Translations under genes and position numbers: made by a program
Shown: one piece after another, positions 30,644-41,552 of the stretch
Layout: each line of letters starts with the position of its first letter
Numbering within the stretch: the stretch's first letter is position 1
The notes under the pieces: generated by a model
What the model was told of the DNA's origin: nothing
Database searches by the model: none
The model's input: the letters and a program-made list of their open reading frames with translations, nothing else
DNA from: a bacterium
GTDB lineage: Bacteria > Patescibacteriota > Patescibacteriia > UBA9934
NCBI GenBank assembly: GCA_027592325.1
Contig: JAQCKO010000001.1
Coordinates: 20,247-84,246 of the forward strand
Length of the DNA: 64,000 nt
Reading direction: 5' to 3'

Positions 30644-32180
30644 AATTCATCCATCCCTCAAGAAATTGAATTCCTACCTTTACCGGTGATTCAATAATAA
30701 AGTCGAAGAAGTAAATAATAAAATTGAGTTTTGAAAATTTAAACGAAAGCCAACGCCCTGCTCTCACGACGGGCAGCATGAAAAAGTCGAAGACAGAACC
30801 TATAAGGCCTGTGCGATCGCGTGAGACGATGATATCTCGGACCGTCGCTCGAATACGGATTGCGAAGAAAAGGACAAGCGATACGAAAAAAAGAAACGTA
30901 ATGATCGAGAGCCAAGGAAATTGCAGCTGAGTGAGCAGCAACGCTATCACTCCATACACAAACAGCAGCACAACCCAATACACGACGGTTAACAAACGAG
31001 AAATAGCCGTAAACGAATCTCTTTTTACACGCACATTCAAATGCTCATGATCTGCCCCAACGACAAGTGCCTTCACTGCTGTAATATAATCTTCCTCATT
31101 TTTTCGTTCCGGAATAGTGATTGTAAGGCCAATAAGGGCAAGCAATACAGGTGGCGTAAAGACGGTCACCGAAAGCGGAATCAATGACACATGTCCATAG
31201 ACAAGAAGGTCGTAAGGAACATCCATCATGAGCGCTACAAGTGTTTTTGTAAGAAAAATGAACAAAATTGATTTGAAGACGGTTCTACGCAATTTGGTTC
31301 GAAATTCTTTCGTTCGTGTTTTTAGCTTCTTTTTAACCTCTTTTGCGAGGAATTCTGGATCATTGAGAAGCGCAGTGACGTCATCAGTATCTTCTATCAC
31401 GTCACGCATGACACGGAAGAGTCCGGTTTTTCGGCGCAACAAAATGGCAAGCCGAACGGTCACAGGACTTTGGATTTGACGATTCACTGCTTCAATAACG
31501 ATAGAAAGATTGCCTGCTAGCTCTTCGATAAGCGTACCCGGCGCATGACCAGGCCATTGAGGATAATACAGCGTGAGCAGTCTGAAACGAAGCGTTGCAA
31601 TATTGGAGCGAAGTAACACTTTATGAATAGCTAAATACAGTCGCAAATCTTTATCCTCTTCCTGAACAATTAGTCGAGGATCCCAAATAATACGATGCTT
31701 CATCTCAGCATACATATAGCTGACGAGTGCTTCATCGCGCACAGGTGGTGTGAGTAAATACTCAATTTCCGTTGAGAGAACGTCGACGATAAAGCTGAAT
31801 GCCTGTTCACGATCACTTGGAAGTTTATCAGCTGCCCGAAGTAAGGGCTCGTACTTCATGATGATGGGATTGAGCGTATTCACGAACACTTCAGGGATTT
31901 CATTATTCGGCAAGTACTTTGCCCAAATGAGTTCACGTAAAATATTTTTCCCAATATCATCAAGGGGAATATCTGCACCGAGGAAACGTCGTAACATGCG
32001 CTGGATGGCATTGCGACGAAGAAGATGTTCTTCTTGATATTCAACAGCCGTCCGTACTTTTTCATAAAAAGAACCAGCGCTCGTAGCCGGAGCACTCACT
32101 TCAATGGCTTCTTCTCCTTCTACAGCAAGCTGATGTTCTGCTTTCAGCGATACTGCAAGGTCACGTATGCGTTCTGACAT
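30615..32180 (-). CDS. Hypothetical membrane protein
   Basis: 521-aa ORF, soluble N-terminus plus ~4 TM helices. Confidence 0.85.
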   Translation of the reverse strand: MSERIRDLAVSLKAEHQLAVEGEEAIEVSAPATSAGSFYEKVRTAVEYQEEHLLRRNAIQRMLRRFLGADIPLDDIGKNILRELIWAKYLPNNEIPEVFVNTLNPIIMKYEPLLRAADKLPSDREQAFSFIVDVLSTEIEYLLTPPVRDEALVSYMYAEMKHRIIWDPRLIVQEEDKDLRLYLAIHKVLLRSNIATLRFRLLTLYYPQWPGHAPGTLIEELAGNLSIVIEAVNRQIQSPVTVRLAILLRRKTGLFRVMRDVIEDTDDVTALLNDPEFLAKEVKKKLKTRTKEFRTKLRRTVFKSILFIFLTKTLVALMMDVPYDLLVYGHVSLIPLSVTVFTPPVLLALIGLTITIPERKNEEDYITAVKALVVGADHEHLNVRVKRDSFTAISRLLTVVYWVVLLFVYGVIALLLTQLQFPWLSIITFLFFVSLVLFFAIRIRATVRDIIVSRDRTGLIGSVFDFFMLPVVRAGRWLSFKFSKLNFIIYFFDFIIESPVKVGIQFLEGWMNYVREQREEI

Positions 32181-32182
32181 AA

Positions 32183-32899
32183 TTAGAAAAATGTTCGATC
32201 ACTTGTATGGCGAATATGCTCAAATGCTTCTTCGGCCGTATCAACAATAGTATACAGCCCTATATCTTCTTTTGAAATGGTGTCGAATTCTTCATACAGT
32301 GTACTCCGAATGAATGCATCCAGCGGCCTCCAGAATGCTGTGCCAACTAATATCACAGGGACAGGCTCAGATTTCTTTGTCTGAATGAGCGTAAGAATTT
32401 CAAATAATTCATCCATTGTTCCAAAGCCACCCGGAAAATAGACGTATGCTTGCGCAGAAGCAGCCAGAATAACTTTTCGGGTGAAGAAATAATGAAATGC
32501 ATGCGATCCATTGACATATGGATTGATGCGTTGCTCCATGGGAAGTTGAATATTCAGTCCAATCGACGCACCACCAGCGTCGTGAGCGCCTTTATTCCCT
32601 GCTTCCATAATACCTGGCCCGCCTCCTGTCACAACAGTAAAATCGTGCTCTGCGAGCAAATTCCCTAGCTTCACGGCTTCTTGATACCAGTGACTCGTCG
32701 GCGCGAGTCGGGCAGATCCGAAAATTGTCACTTCTTTTGAAAGTGTTGAAAGAAATTGGAAACCTTCCACAAACTCCGACATGATCCGGAAAATTCGCCA
32801 GGTTATATCAGACATTTCATTCGGTACCTGATCATGCTCTTTACGATCAAGACAAGCACGTTCTTCTGACGTGAGAGGAATACGAGGACACGTTTTCAT
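32183..32899 (-). CDS. LOG family (TIGR00730) protein
   Basis: FGSAR, TGGGPGIMEA, PGGFGTMDELFE. Confidence 0.93.
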   Translation of the reverse strand: MKTCPRIPLTSEERACLDRKEHDQVPNEMSDITWRIFRIMSEFVEGFQFLSTLSKEVTIFGSARLAPTSHWYQEAVKLGNLLAEHDFTVVTGGGPGIMEAGNKGAHDAGGASIGLNIQLPMEQRINPYVNGSHAFHYFFTRKVILAASAQAYVYFPGGFGTMDELFEILTLIQTKKSEPVPVILVGTAFWRPLDAFIRSTLYEEFDTISKEDIGLYTIVDTAEEAFEHIRHTSDRTFF

Positions 32900-33063
32900 A
32901 TACATACATCATAGCATGCCGCTCCCGTAAACAATGAAGCGGTTCATACATATTTGTCTATATTGTTGTATCTGAAGCTATGATGGTGAAAACGGCTCAT
33001 GAACGTGTGCAAAGCCCGTGCTTGTCATTAACGCCCTGAACAGGATTCTGAATACACCCTCAG

Positions 33064-34047
33064 CTAAAATGGATGAAGCAAATTATGACGTCTTGACTGT
33101 TTTTCCGTTAATCGGCTTCGAAGCGCAGCACCAATCGCCGTCAAGTATAGAAGCACCTCATTTTGCTCGACGAATGGAATGGATAATCGTTCAACTACCG
33201 GAAATACATTTAATGAAAGAGATGTGAGCGTTGACAGTTGATCCGGACCTATCACTCCTGCATCGCCGGCCAGATACAGTCGAGGAATCTCGTACCCTAA
33301 CGAACGAAAATGCGTTACCACGCGCTGTATAGACGATTCGATCAGTTGCATTTCCACTGTATCAACGCGATTATCATGTTTGACGGCATTGTTTGCAGAA
33401 CGTATTGCACCTAGCGGTATAGAACGTGAGAAAAAGAGTCCACCAAAATAATCAAATAAACTTATTGTCGGCCAGTCACTATCTAGCTCAAGCAGCACTG
33501 CCAGTTCATTGTCTTTCAGAGCAACAATTTCACTACCAAAGTGTAAAATTGCACGATAATTGCTAAGCGCCTGCATTTCTATCACGGTCAAATCTACCTT
33601 TGGTACATGCAAAGCGCTCTGTATGTGGCCAGTATCTTCTCGTTCAGCCATGTACACGTCAAGGAGTAGGTAGTCATTCACACGTGCCGATTCTTCGATA
33701 GAGATGACGGCATCAGCGGTTTCTATAGGTGATCGACGCGCGACAGCCTGTAAAAGGTCGGCTTGAAACTGTACCTCAGACAGGCCTGATTTACACCAAA
33801 TACCCATGGTATACATACGGGAATTTGGCATCGATGCAATGGCGGAAATACGTCCGAGCGAACCTAGAAATGGCTCCAATGTTCTTAGAACTTCTTCTCC
33901 ATGTTGAATACGCCCGTCAACAATCATGCCTTCTGGAATAGGAATAGTCTGAAGCGCATGAATCGAACCTTTATTTGCAAGGACGGCGCATCGAACGCTT
34001 TGATCTGTAAATTGGATGCCAACAGTTTTTCCTCCCATATAGGGCAT
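33064..34047 (-). CDS. PilM-like pilus assembly protein
   Basis: VGI, IPEGMIVDGRI, LYLAG, AIGAALR; last gene of the pilus cluster. Confidence 0.75.
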   Translation of the reverse strand: MPYMGGKTVGIQFTDQSVRCAVLANKGSIHALQTIPIPEGMIVDGRIQHGEEVLRTLEPFLGSLGRISAIASMPNSRMYTMGIWCKSGLSEVQFQADLLQAVARRSPIETADAVISIEESARVNDYLLLDVYMAEREDTGHIQSALHVPKVDLTVIEMQALSNYRAILHFGSEIVALKDNELAVLLELDSDWPTISLFDYFGGLFFSRSIPLGAIRSANNAVKHDNRVDTVEMQLIESSIQRVVTHFRSLGYEIPRLYLAGDAGVIGPDQLSTLTSLSLNVFPVVERLSIPFVEQNEVLLYLTAIGAALRSRLTEKQSRRHNLLHPF

Positions 34048-34071
34048 ATTTAGCCCCATTATACCATGAGG

Positions 34072-34572
34072 CTATCGCGTGAGAGAGATCGAAGAAGTAT
34101 TCTCAGATTCGCAGGCTTGAATAGTAATCGAGCCAGTCGTTGCCTTAGTGATGACGTATCCTGTTGTTCCTGCAGTCCAAGCAGTTGCACCTTGTGGACT
34201 AATTGGCATGGAACCCATGTATCCCTCCGTAACTAATCCACTCAAATCGGCACAGTGTGTATCACTCGCAACAGTTGCATCACATGTGTCGTCATCACAG
34301 CCGGTTGAATCCGTACCAATCATATATATTTGTGCGGCTGTCATATTATCTTTTATCTCTGTCAAATAATCGCCGCCATTATCTACCTGATCAATCTTAA
34401 TCGCATGAAGCAGCTCAGCGATATCAGAGAAGCGCCGAGCGTCACGTGCATCTTGAAATCGTGTACCTGGGTCAAGCGCCGCAAATACCACAGCCGCAAG
34501 GACGGCAAGAATAGAGATGACAATTAATAATTCAACGAGCGTGAATCCTTTTTGTGAAGAAAATCTTTTCAT
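34072..34572 (-). CDS. Type IV pilin (probable major pilin)
   Basis: KG|FTLVELLIVISILAVL, ARDARR.SD. Confidence 0.92.
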   Translation of the reverse strand: MKRFSSQKGFTLVELLIVISILAVLAAVVFAALDPGTRFQDARDARRFSDIAELLHAIKIDQVDNGGDYLTEIKDNMTAAQIYMIGTDSTGCDDDTCDATVASDTHCADLSGLVTEGYMGSMPISPQGATAWTAGTTGYVITKATTGSITIQACESENTSSISLTR

Positions 34573-34606
34573 AGATATGATTGGAAGTATTTTACCATAG
34601 GTGCGA

Positions 34607-35032
34607 TCAATCAATCTCACTCCAACTGGTGATATCTACCGACGAACCACTGACAGAAATTGCTGCAGATGCATTACGCACGTAGCCATTATTATCCGAT
34701 TCGACTGTAATTGTGCATGATGACGAGCATGGCGTTGCAGAGATAACAATCGTGCAATCAGCATTTCCCACACTTATGGCTCCGCCTGAATACGATGTGT
34801 CACGAGAAATACGTAACATTGCTTCATGAACACACGACTCTGCCGCTCCAATCGCATGGCCAGAAGCACGCGTCCCCTCCCCTAGCTCAATCGATCCAAT
34901 GGTCAAAAACACAAGACTTGATGTAACCACGAGTACAAGCGCTGTAAGTACCACAATACCTACCGTTGCCGCTGCGCCACGCGTATCAGACCTCAAGCGG
35001 GATACGAATAGCTGTTTGAAATTCTTCAACAT
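34607..35032 (-). CDS. PilX/GspK-like minor pilin
   Basis: RG|AA hydrophobic helix without E5; AAESC..EA..RI. Confidence 0.75.
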   Translation of the reverse strand: MLKNFKQLFVSRLRSDTRGAAATVGIVVLTALVLVVTSSLVFLTIGSIELGEGTRASGHAIGAAESCVHEAMLRISRDTSYSGGAISVGNADCTIVISATPCSSSCTITVESDNNGYVRNASAAISVSGSSVDITSWSEID

Positions 35033-35504
35033 AGTCAAAAAATGGTGAATTAGATGAGTTTATCGCTTCTAAAGTGTACTCGACCAAAACGATTCCTGCA
35101 TCATCAGCACTTGTAAGATTCGTGAAAACGAGATTCGTCACACGAACACGACCGGTTGTTAATTGTGTTGTTACGCCATTTATTCCTATTTGTAACGATC
35201 CATCATCTTCTGTCAGACTAAAGACCGTTGGATCTTCGCCGGAATCAACCATCGCGAACCGAAGCACTCCTGGATCAACGTCGAATGTTGAGCTTCCGAC
35301 CGTAATACTTGCTGCATGTCGGGCTGCATACGACAGTTTTGCCTGTATGATCGCGGCATTGTAGGCAACTTCAGCGAGCACCTCTGATTTTGCGCGATTT
35401 CGTGTCAGCGTTACAACATACTGCGTAGTAGCGATGAGGACAGAGCTCACAATCGCGACGTACAAAATCATCTCTACAAGGGTTGATCCACGCTTATTCA
35501 ACAT
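34986..35504 (-). CDS. Minor pilin (PilW/GspJ-like)
   Basis: RG|STLVEMILYVAI. Confidence 0.85.
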   Translation of the reverse strand: MLNKRGSTLVEMILYVAIVSSVLIATTQYVVTLTRNRAKSEVLAEVAYNAAIIQAKLSYAARHAASITVGSSTFDVDPGVLRFAMVDSGEDPTVFSLTEDDGSLQIGINGVTTQLTTGRVRVTNLVFTNLTSADDAGIVLVEYTLEAINSSNSPFFDYVEEFQTAIRIPLEV

Positions 35505-38319
35505 AGGAAATTGTCACATCTTCGAGCACCGGTGATGCCGATGTTGTTCCTGTCATATAGGCTTTCCACTGAAACCACTGCGTTCCACTTGTACCCGAAT
35601 GTGTCGCGAGCGAATCTCCACTTGTAGTGAATGTTGTTGCCGGGGTTCCATCTGACCCAACCCAAAGCGCATCGGCAAGCTCCGCCTCCGATGACGCTGT
35701 TCGAATACGAAATACAATATCGCCCGTCCCCGATTCCGTCCACTCAATCAATTGCCAGCTTGCAGAGGTTGATCCAGAATCATACGGTTGTGATGTGAAA
35801 TTGCCCTCATACGCATAGTCAGAAATGCTTCCTGGACCGAGTATCTGTAACTCAAGCGCATCATTCGCTGAGGCAACGTATGCATAGGTGCCGTCGTGGA
35901 AGACCCCTTGACCCCAATCATTCAAATCATACGTCACTTGCTGAGTCATAGAACCAGAAGAAACCGTCCAGCGTTGAAATTCATCATCTGTGTCCTCTGA
36001 TGCAATATAAATCGCCGCCCCACCACTTTCAACAAAGATATCCCAAATATCACCGGCAACATCGGCCGTTGTGAGCTCAGCAGGTGATCCGGGTGTTGAA
36101 ATGTCAAATTGATGAATTTCCGGATCAGCACTTAAAGTTCTTCCAACGTATAAGATCTCATTTGTGCTATCCACCTCAATTTCGAAGGCATCTGCAGCAC
36201 CAGTCAAATCTTGAGAAGAGCTTGTCAAAGAGGCCGGTGTTGACCAATCAAAAATCCATAACTCATTTGATGCGCCCGCACCATACATATAATCATCGTA
36301 AAATTTGATGCGTCGAATGTGCGTTCCGGTATTAACTGAATCCACAAATGAAGGGCTGGCGACACTCGATACATCGATAAGAAAAACTTCGTCCGCGGTC
36401 GATGCAAATCGTCCTAGCGTCACATAATTGCCTGATTTATCGAGTCCAATGCCATCTGAAGCCCCAGATGCGTCATAAAACCCCGCGCGCGTAGGAGATG
36501 ATTTCGTGGAAATGTCAATAATATCAAGCTCACGATTATTATGCGTTGTGGCTAAATAGGCGTAATTTCCATCAACCACCAAGTCATTCACATATGCACC
36601 AATTTCAAACCATCCCGTTAAAGAAGGTGTCGACGGAGTAGAAATATCGTAAATCAGAAACTCTGGCCCCGATGCGTCAGGATACGTTCCAATGTAAGCG
36701 TAATCGCCAGACACAACGATCGGACGTGCATTCGCTGTTCCAGAGATATTAGCCGATCCTATACTCGATAATACCGCCCATCCCCCTGTAGATGGCCCCA
36801 TTACCACAAGTTCACCGCTTCCATCTGAAGTGACATAAAAAATGTAACTTCCATAATCTGCAATATCGAGCGGCTGAGCGGCCAAATCGATGTTTTCATC
36901 TTCTGTGAGTCCATCAAGATCAATGATTTGCAAGTCTTCGGACGCATTTGTAGATGCAACAAATGCACGATCCGTATTCGGGTCAACAGAAAATGCCCTA
37001 TGTGTATTGCCTGTAATTAATGAGTCACCCACAGCAAACGATGATGCTGGATTGGTAATATCAATTTCGTAAAAACTTGCAATCGTCCCGCTTCCATCTC
37101 GCGAGACATAAAGAATCGTGCCGCTCACAGCAATGTGATAACTTGTTTGAGTTCCAACTAAATCAAGATCTGCAACCTCAGAATAATCAGATAAATCCAT
37201 CACCGCGAGCTCCTTTGATGTATTAGCCGTTGCAATATATGCATAGCTACTGTCAAGGGCGATGTCGCGCACACGGGCCGTTGCATCATAAGAACCGAGG
37301 AAGGACGGTGAGGCCGGGCTTGCAAGACTGTAAACAAATACTTCATCACCAGATGCATCGTTTGCTCTACCAACGACAAGTGTTGAATCAATAATCGCAA
37401 CGTCGTATGCATCCTCCGTCCCAGAAATATCGACGCTACCTACTTCTGTCATCGTGAGCAAATTTACAATTACAACCTCTTTTGCATCATCGCCGGTTAC
37501 CACATATCCATACTCTGTATAAATCGCAAGGTCATACGGCGTATACGAGCCAAGCTCAATTCCATCAATAAGGGTAGGTGCCACATTTTCAACGTTTGAC
37601 ACATCGTAACGATTTAATTCATCCCCAGTTGTTGCATCGAGCAGTACAAGGAGCTCATCCTGCGACTCCCATAGCAATAGCTCGATAGGAGCTGCACTCC
37701 CCGGGAGTGAGACAGTATACAATTCTTCAAGTGTAGACCAATCTGTTGAAACAGTCCGTAGGTCAATATCGCCGTCTCCTGATGCTGCCTGAGCCGTTGA
37801 CCCAAAAAAACTTCCATTATTAAATTCTGAGAGTAAATCTTGTGTCCACGTTTGTACTGCTGCAAAGTTGTACACGTAAAACACATGCGAGAGATTTACC
37901 AGTTTACTCGCCAATGTATACCAATTGATTGAAATTGTGATCTTTTTTGTTGCAGAATCTGCGACTCCACTTGCAGCAATATCCCCCGTAAGACTACCCG
38001 TTCGTGTGACATCTTCAACCAAAATACTGCGTGTATAGTTAGTAAGCACGCTTTCTGAACCAGATGCAAGTGCATAGCTTCCTAAAGCGGTATCTAAATG
38101 ATATGTTCCAGATGAAATGGTAGAAAAGTCTTGGTATGCAACAGAACGCACTCCCTCTATGCCTTCTTGAAGTAACCCAGAAGCAGCCACATAGTCAACC
38201 CCCTGTTTTCCTGATGCCGTAGCACGAAAAAGTGCACCAACCCCCGCTGATGCAAGCAAAGCGAAAATAGCGATGGCGAGTAGTATTTCGAATAATGCTA
38301 ACCCACGCTCGTCCTTCAT
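35494..38319 (-). CDS. 941-aa pilin fused to LVIVD-type repeat (beta-propeller) adhesin domains
   Basis: RG|LALFEILLAI; many YAY.A....L.I.DIS.P..P repeats. Confidence 0.85.
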   Translation of the reverse strand: MKDERGLALFEILLAIAIFALLASAGVGALFRATASGKQGVDYVAASGLLQEGIEGVRSVAYQDFSTISSGTYHLDTALGSYALASGSESVLTNYTRSILVEDVTRTGSLTGDIAASGVADSATKKITISINWYTLASKLVNLSHVFYVYNFAAVQTWTQDLLSEFNNGSFFGSTAQAASGDGDIDLRTVSTDWSTLEELYTVSLPGSAAPIELLLWESQDELLVLLDATTGDELNRYDVSNVENVAPTLIDGIELGSYTPYDLAIYTEYGYVVTGDDAKEVVIVNLLTMTEVGSVDISGTEDAYDVAIIDSTLVVGRANDASGDEVFVYSLASPASPSFLGSYDATARVRDIALDSSYAYIATANTSKELAVMDLSDYSEVADLDLVGTQTSYHIAVSGTILYVSRDGSGTIASFYEIDITNPASSFAVGDSLITGNTHRAFSVDPNTDRAFVASTNASEDLQIIDLDGLTEDENIDLAAQPLDIADYGSYIFYVTSDGSGELVVMGPSTGGWAVLSSIGSANISGTANARPIVVSGDYAYIGTYPDASGPEFLIYDISTPSTPSLTGWFEIGAYVNDLVVDGNYAYLATTHNNRELDIIDISTKSSPTRAGFYDASGASDGIGLDKSGNYVTLGRFASTADEVFLIDVSSVASPSFVDSVNTGTHIRRIKFYDDYMYGAGASNELWIFDWSTPASLTSSSQDLTGAADAFEIEVDSTNEILYVGRTLSADPEIHQFDISTPGSPAELTTADVAGDIWDIFVESGGAAIYIASEDTDDEFQRWTVSSGSMTQQVTYDLNDWGQGVFHDGTYAYVASANDALELQILGPGSISDYAYEGNFTSQPYDSGSTSASWQLIEWTESGTGDIVFRIRTASSEAELADALWVGSDGTPATTFTTSGDSLATHSGTSGTQWFQWKAYMTGTTSASPVLEDVTISYVE

Positions 38320-38768
38320 AATGTTGAGATGGTTCCGATGGCATTAATCGTCACCGCCACTGTTCGCGATGTATTCTCGTCTGTAATCGTCAGAGTTTGC
38401 GCCCCTGAAGCTGCATCGCCATTTCCGAAATCAAATCGTATGGTATTACCACCGCTATTTGAAATGGAAAGCTGGCCAGAAAGCGTATGTACTTCATCGT
38501 AATTTGTATCGCGTGATCCGTATGTTGCTCCTTTAAAAAGAGTATAGGATGTTGAATCGATCCGCACACTCCACATGTCATCTGATTCGCCATACATCGT
38601 CCTTAGCTGTGCTCTGCGTAATACTTCGATCAATCCATCCTCTGCTAGTTCAAGCTGATGGTTAGCGAATGCACGACCGGTGAGTGCCGTACTTATAACA
38701 GATAGCGTGGTAATGAGCGCGACCACGATAATGACCTCGACGAGGGTGAAGCCAAACTGTTTCGTCAT
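38316..38768 (-). CDS. Minor pilin (FimT/GspH-like)
   Basis: G|FTLVEVIIVV, LRRAQ, INAIG. Confidence 0.88.
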   Translation of the reverse strand: MTKQFGFTLVEVIIVVALITTLSVISTALTGRAFANHQLELAEDGLIEVLRRAQLRTMYGESDDMWSVRIDSTSYTLFKGATYGSRDTNYDEVHTLSGQLSISNSGGNTIRFDFGNGDAASGAQTLTITDENTSRTVAVTINAIGTISTL

Positions 38769-39859
38769 ATTGTGACACTGCCAGTGATTGAATAAATTGG
38801 CGTCAAAATAGAAAGTGCCAATAAGCCGACAAAAAGACCAAGCGCAATAAGGAGAACTGGTTCAATCATTGATGCAAGATTTTTCGATAAGACTTCTATA
38901 CGCTCCTCATAATAATCTGCCAAATAATTGAGTGTTGCTCCCAAATGCCCTGACCGCTCTCCGACTGCCGCCATACGCCTCAACATTTTCGGATACAATT
39001 TTGGGGCAATTTCCAAACTTTCCGACAGTGTCATGCCGGTTTTTACGCGTTCAAGTGCGCGCTTCGCCATCTGTTTATATGCGACATTCCCAAGCGCATC
39101 GCTCGTTACTTTAGTTGCCTCGACAATCGGCGTACCGCTCTCAAGTAGTGTTGAAAGGATTCGACAAAACCGTGCTCGCTGATAGTCGTTCACAAAGCTA
39201 TTGAGTCCTGGTATGTATAAATATGTTCTATCAATATACGGCCGTGCAAATGGCAGACGTGACAACATCACACTCCCAATCAAGACAGCAATCGTGAAAA
39301 CAGTAATAAGAAGGCCATGCCGATCAAAAAGGTTTGCCGTCCAGATAAGCGCACGTGTTGTAATTGGTAACTCAACATTAAGCGAAGTAAAAACATCGGT
39401 AATTTGTGGCAAAACAAAATTTGCTATTCCAAAAAACAAGGCAAGTGACGCAGTAAATACAAGTCCAGGGTAAAGCATAGACGATTGAACCTGTCGCTTA
39501 ATTTTCAAGTCACGCTCCATTTGAATAAATACACGCTCTAAATTCATTGCAAGGGTTCCAGACTGTTCTCCAATGATAATCGAGCTCACAATAAATGGCT
39601 TAAAAATACGTGGTTCAAGCTGTAATGCATCGCCTAGGCTCGCCCCTGCATGCACACGCTTTGATAGACGTTCTAAAACTGGTCGCAATGCACTCCGTTT
39701 GGGTGATTGATCAAAGAGAATATCAAGCGACTCCGGGAGCGTCAGTCCAGCAGAAAGCATAACGGACAAGTTTTTTAAAAACTGAACTAAGTCGACTCCT
39801 TTAACGCCTGTCGTTATTTGAAATGCGAGAATCTTTTTAAGCAGGGTTTTGTTCGCCAT
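38765..39859 (-). CDS. pilC: Type IV pilus platform protein PilC/GspF
   Basis: GEQSGTL, SMLYP, GERSG.L, IEPVL. Confidence 0.92.
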   Translation of the reverse strand: MANKTLLKKILAFQITTGVKGVDLVQFLKNLSVMLSAGLTLPESLDILFDQSPKRSALRPVLERLSKRVHAGASLGDALQLEPRIFKPFIVSSIIIGEQSGTLAMNLERVFIQMERDLKIKRQVQSSMLYPGLVFTASLALFFGIANFVLPQITDVFTSLNVELPITTRALIWTANLFDRHGLLITVFTIAVLIGSVMLSRLPFARPYIDRTYLYIPGLNSFVNDYQRARFCRILSTLLESGTPIVEATKVTSDALGNVAYKQMAKRALERVKTGMTLSESLEIAPKLYPKMLRRMAAVGERSGHLGATLNYLADYYEERIEVLSKNLASMIEPVLLIALGLFVGLLALSILTPIYSITGSVTI

Positions 39860-39860
39860 A

Positions 39861-41552
39861 CTACTTCGTTACGCGCAATACTTCTTCAAGTGCAGTCACA
39901 CCAGCAAGCGCCTGCTCGACGCCATGCTGAAGCATCGTCACCATTCCTTCCTGAATAGCCACCTCTTGTATTTCATCACTGTTTTTTTGCTGCATGATTG
40001 CAACGCGTACGGCATCAGTTACTTCAAGGATTTCAAAAATCCCAACGCGACCACGGAATCCTGTTTGACCACAAACTGGACACCCTTTTGCATGAAAAAG
40101 CCTTAATTCTGCGAACGGGCGACCAGCAAGCTGCTTTTCGATTGCCGCCTTCACCTCTGGACGTGATTCGATCAATTGCAACTCTTCAGCACTAGCTTGC
40201 TTACTGTACAAACATTTTCTACATAGCTGCCTCACAAGTCGCTGTGCAACGACACCAATCATTGTTGAGCTGATCAAAAACTCCTCTACCGACATATCGC
40301 GAAGTCTTGGAAAAGCGGTTGCCGCATTGTTTGTATGAAGCGTTGAAAGCACTAAATGGCCTGTCAGTGCTGCGTTAACGGCAATATCGGCTGTTTCTGA
40401 ATCACGAATTTCTCCGACCATAATAATATCGGGGTCTTGACGCACAATTGAACGTAACCCTTTTGCAAATGTCAGCTTTGTTTTTTCATTGACTTGAATT
40501 TGATTTACCCCATCAATATCGTACTCTACAGGATCTTCAATGGTCGAAATATTGACATTGCGTTTATTGAGCATTTTTACGCCAGCATACAATGTCGTCG
40601 TTTTACCACTCCCCGTCGGTCCGGTGACTAAAATCATTCCCCATGGTTTCTTAATTGCATCCGCGAACAAGTCAAGTTCCCGAGTGTGGAATCCCAAATC
40701 ACGTAAGCTAAATTGTCGTGAACGCTCAGAAAGCAGTCGCATCACGACTTTTTCTCCGTCAGTGACAGGGACAATTGAAACACGAATTTCAATATCTTCC
40801 TTTCGCTTTGATTCATACGATATCTTTCCGTCAAGGGCGGACTGATGTTCATCAGTTGGTAATCGAGATAACACTTTTATACGCGTCACCATATGGTCGT
40901 GCAGTTTTTTCGGCACGGTCACGACATCGTGCAATAATCCATCAACTCGAAAACGTACTAAGGTCTCTTCATCCTCTGGTTCAATATGTACGTCTGATGC
41001 TCTCGCTTGGTACGCACGTTCTATAAGTTCCTCAACCAACTGAATGACAGCCTGACCGGAAGCATCGATATCTTTTCCACCTGCACGCTCAATATAATCT
41101 GCAAGGACCGTCTCTGCATCCTTTTCAAAAAGGTGATAATGCGATGTTAAATCTCGCGGCGTAACAAATACGTAACGAATTTCATGCCGAGTAAATTTTT
41201 CAAGAAGACTTTTTGTCTCTAGATCGCCAGGATGTGAGGTTGCAACGCGTATAAATCCTTCATGCAATTGAAGCGGAAAGACATGATTCGCCCTTGCAAA
41301 ACTTTCAGGAATAAGCCGAAGAACGTTACGATCAACCTGAAAATCTGCAAGCTCTAAAAACGGTACACTTAACATATCGGCAATTAATTGTCCTATTTGA
41401 CGATCTTCAAGAGCATCTGATTCAACTAAAACAGTGTAAAGATCCTTTTGTTCTTTTTTTGCCGTTTCACTTGCAGCAGTGAAGGTCTCTTCCGTAACTG
41501 CTCCAGACGTTACAAGTGCTTTTTTGTATTGTTCCTCCGAAAGTAATGACAT
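39861..41552 (-). CDS. pilB: Type IV pilus assembly ATPase PilB/GspE
   Basis: ASDVHIEP, GPTGSGKTTT, RQDPDIIMVGEIRD, STLHTN, CxxC pairs. Confidence 0.95.
   Translation of the reverse strand: MSLLSEEQYKKALVTSGAVTEETFTAASETAKKEQKDLYTVLVESDALEDRQIGQLIADMLSVPFLELADFQVDRNVLRLIPESFARANHVFPLQLHEGFIRVATSHPGDLETKSLLEKFTRHEIRYVFVTPRDLTSHYHLFEKDAETVLADYIERAGGKDIDASGQAVIQLVEELIERAYQARASDVHIEPEDEETLVRFRVDGLLHDVVTVPKKLHDHMVTRIKVLSRLPTDEHQSALDGKISYESKRKEDIEIRVSIVPVTDGEKVVMRLLSERSRQFSLRDLGFHTRELDLFADAIKKPWGMILVTGPTGSGKTTTLYAGVKMLNKRNVNISTIEDPVEYDIDGVNQIQVNEKTKLTFAKGLRSIVRQDPDIIMVGEIRDSETADIAVNAALTGHLVLSTLHTNNAATAFPRLRDMSVEEFLISSTMIGVVAQRLVRQLCRKCLYSKQASAEELQLIESRPEVKAAIEKQLAGRPFAELRLFHAKGCPVCGQTGFRGRVGIFEILEVTDAVRVAIMQQKNSDEIQEVAIQEGMVTMLQHGVEQALAGVTALEEVLRVTK

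Noticed and set aside
32905-33063. Possible sRNA between LOG and pilM
   Set aside because: A TATGAT is present but there is no clear structure or terminator
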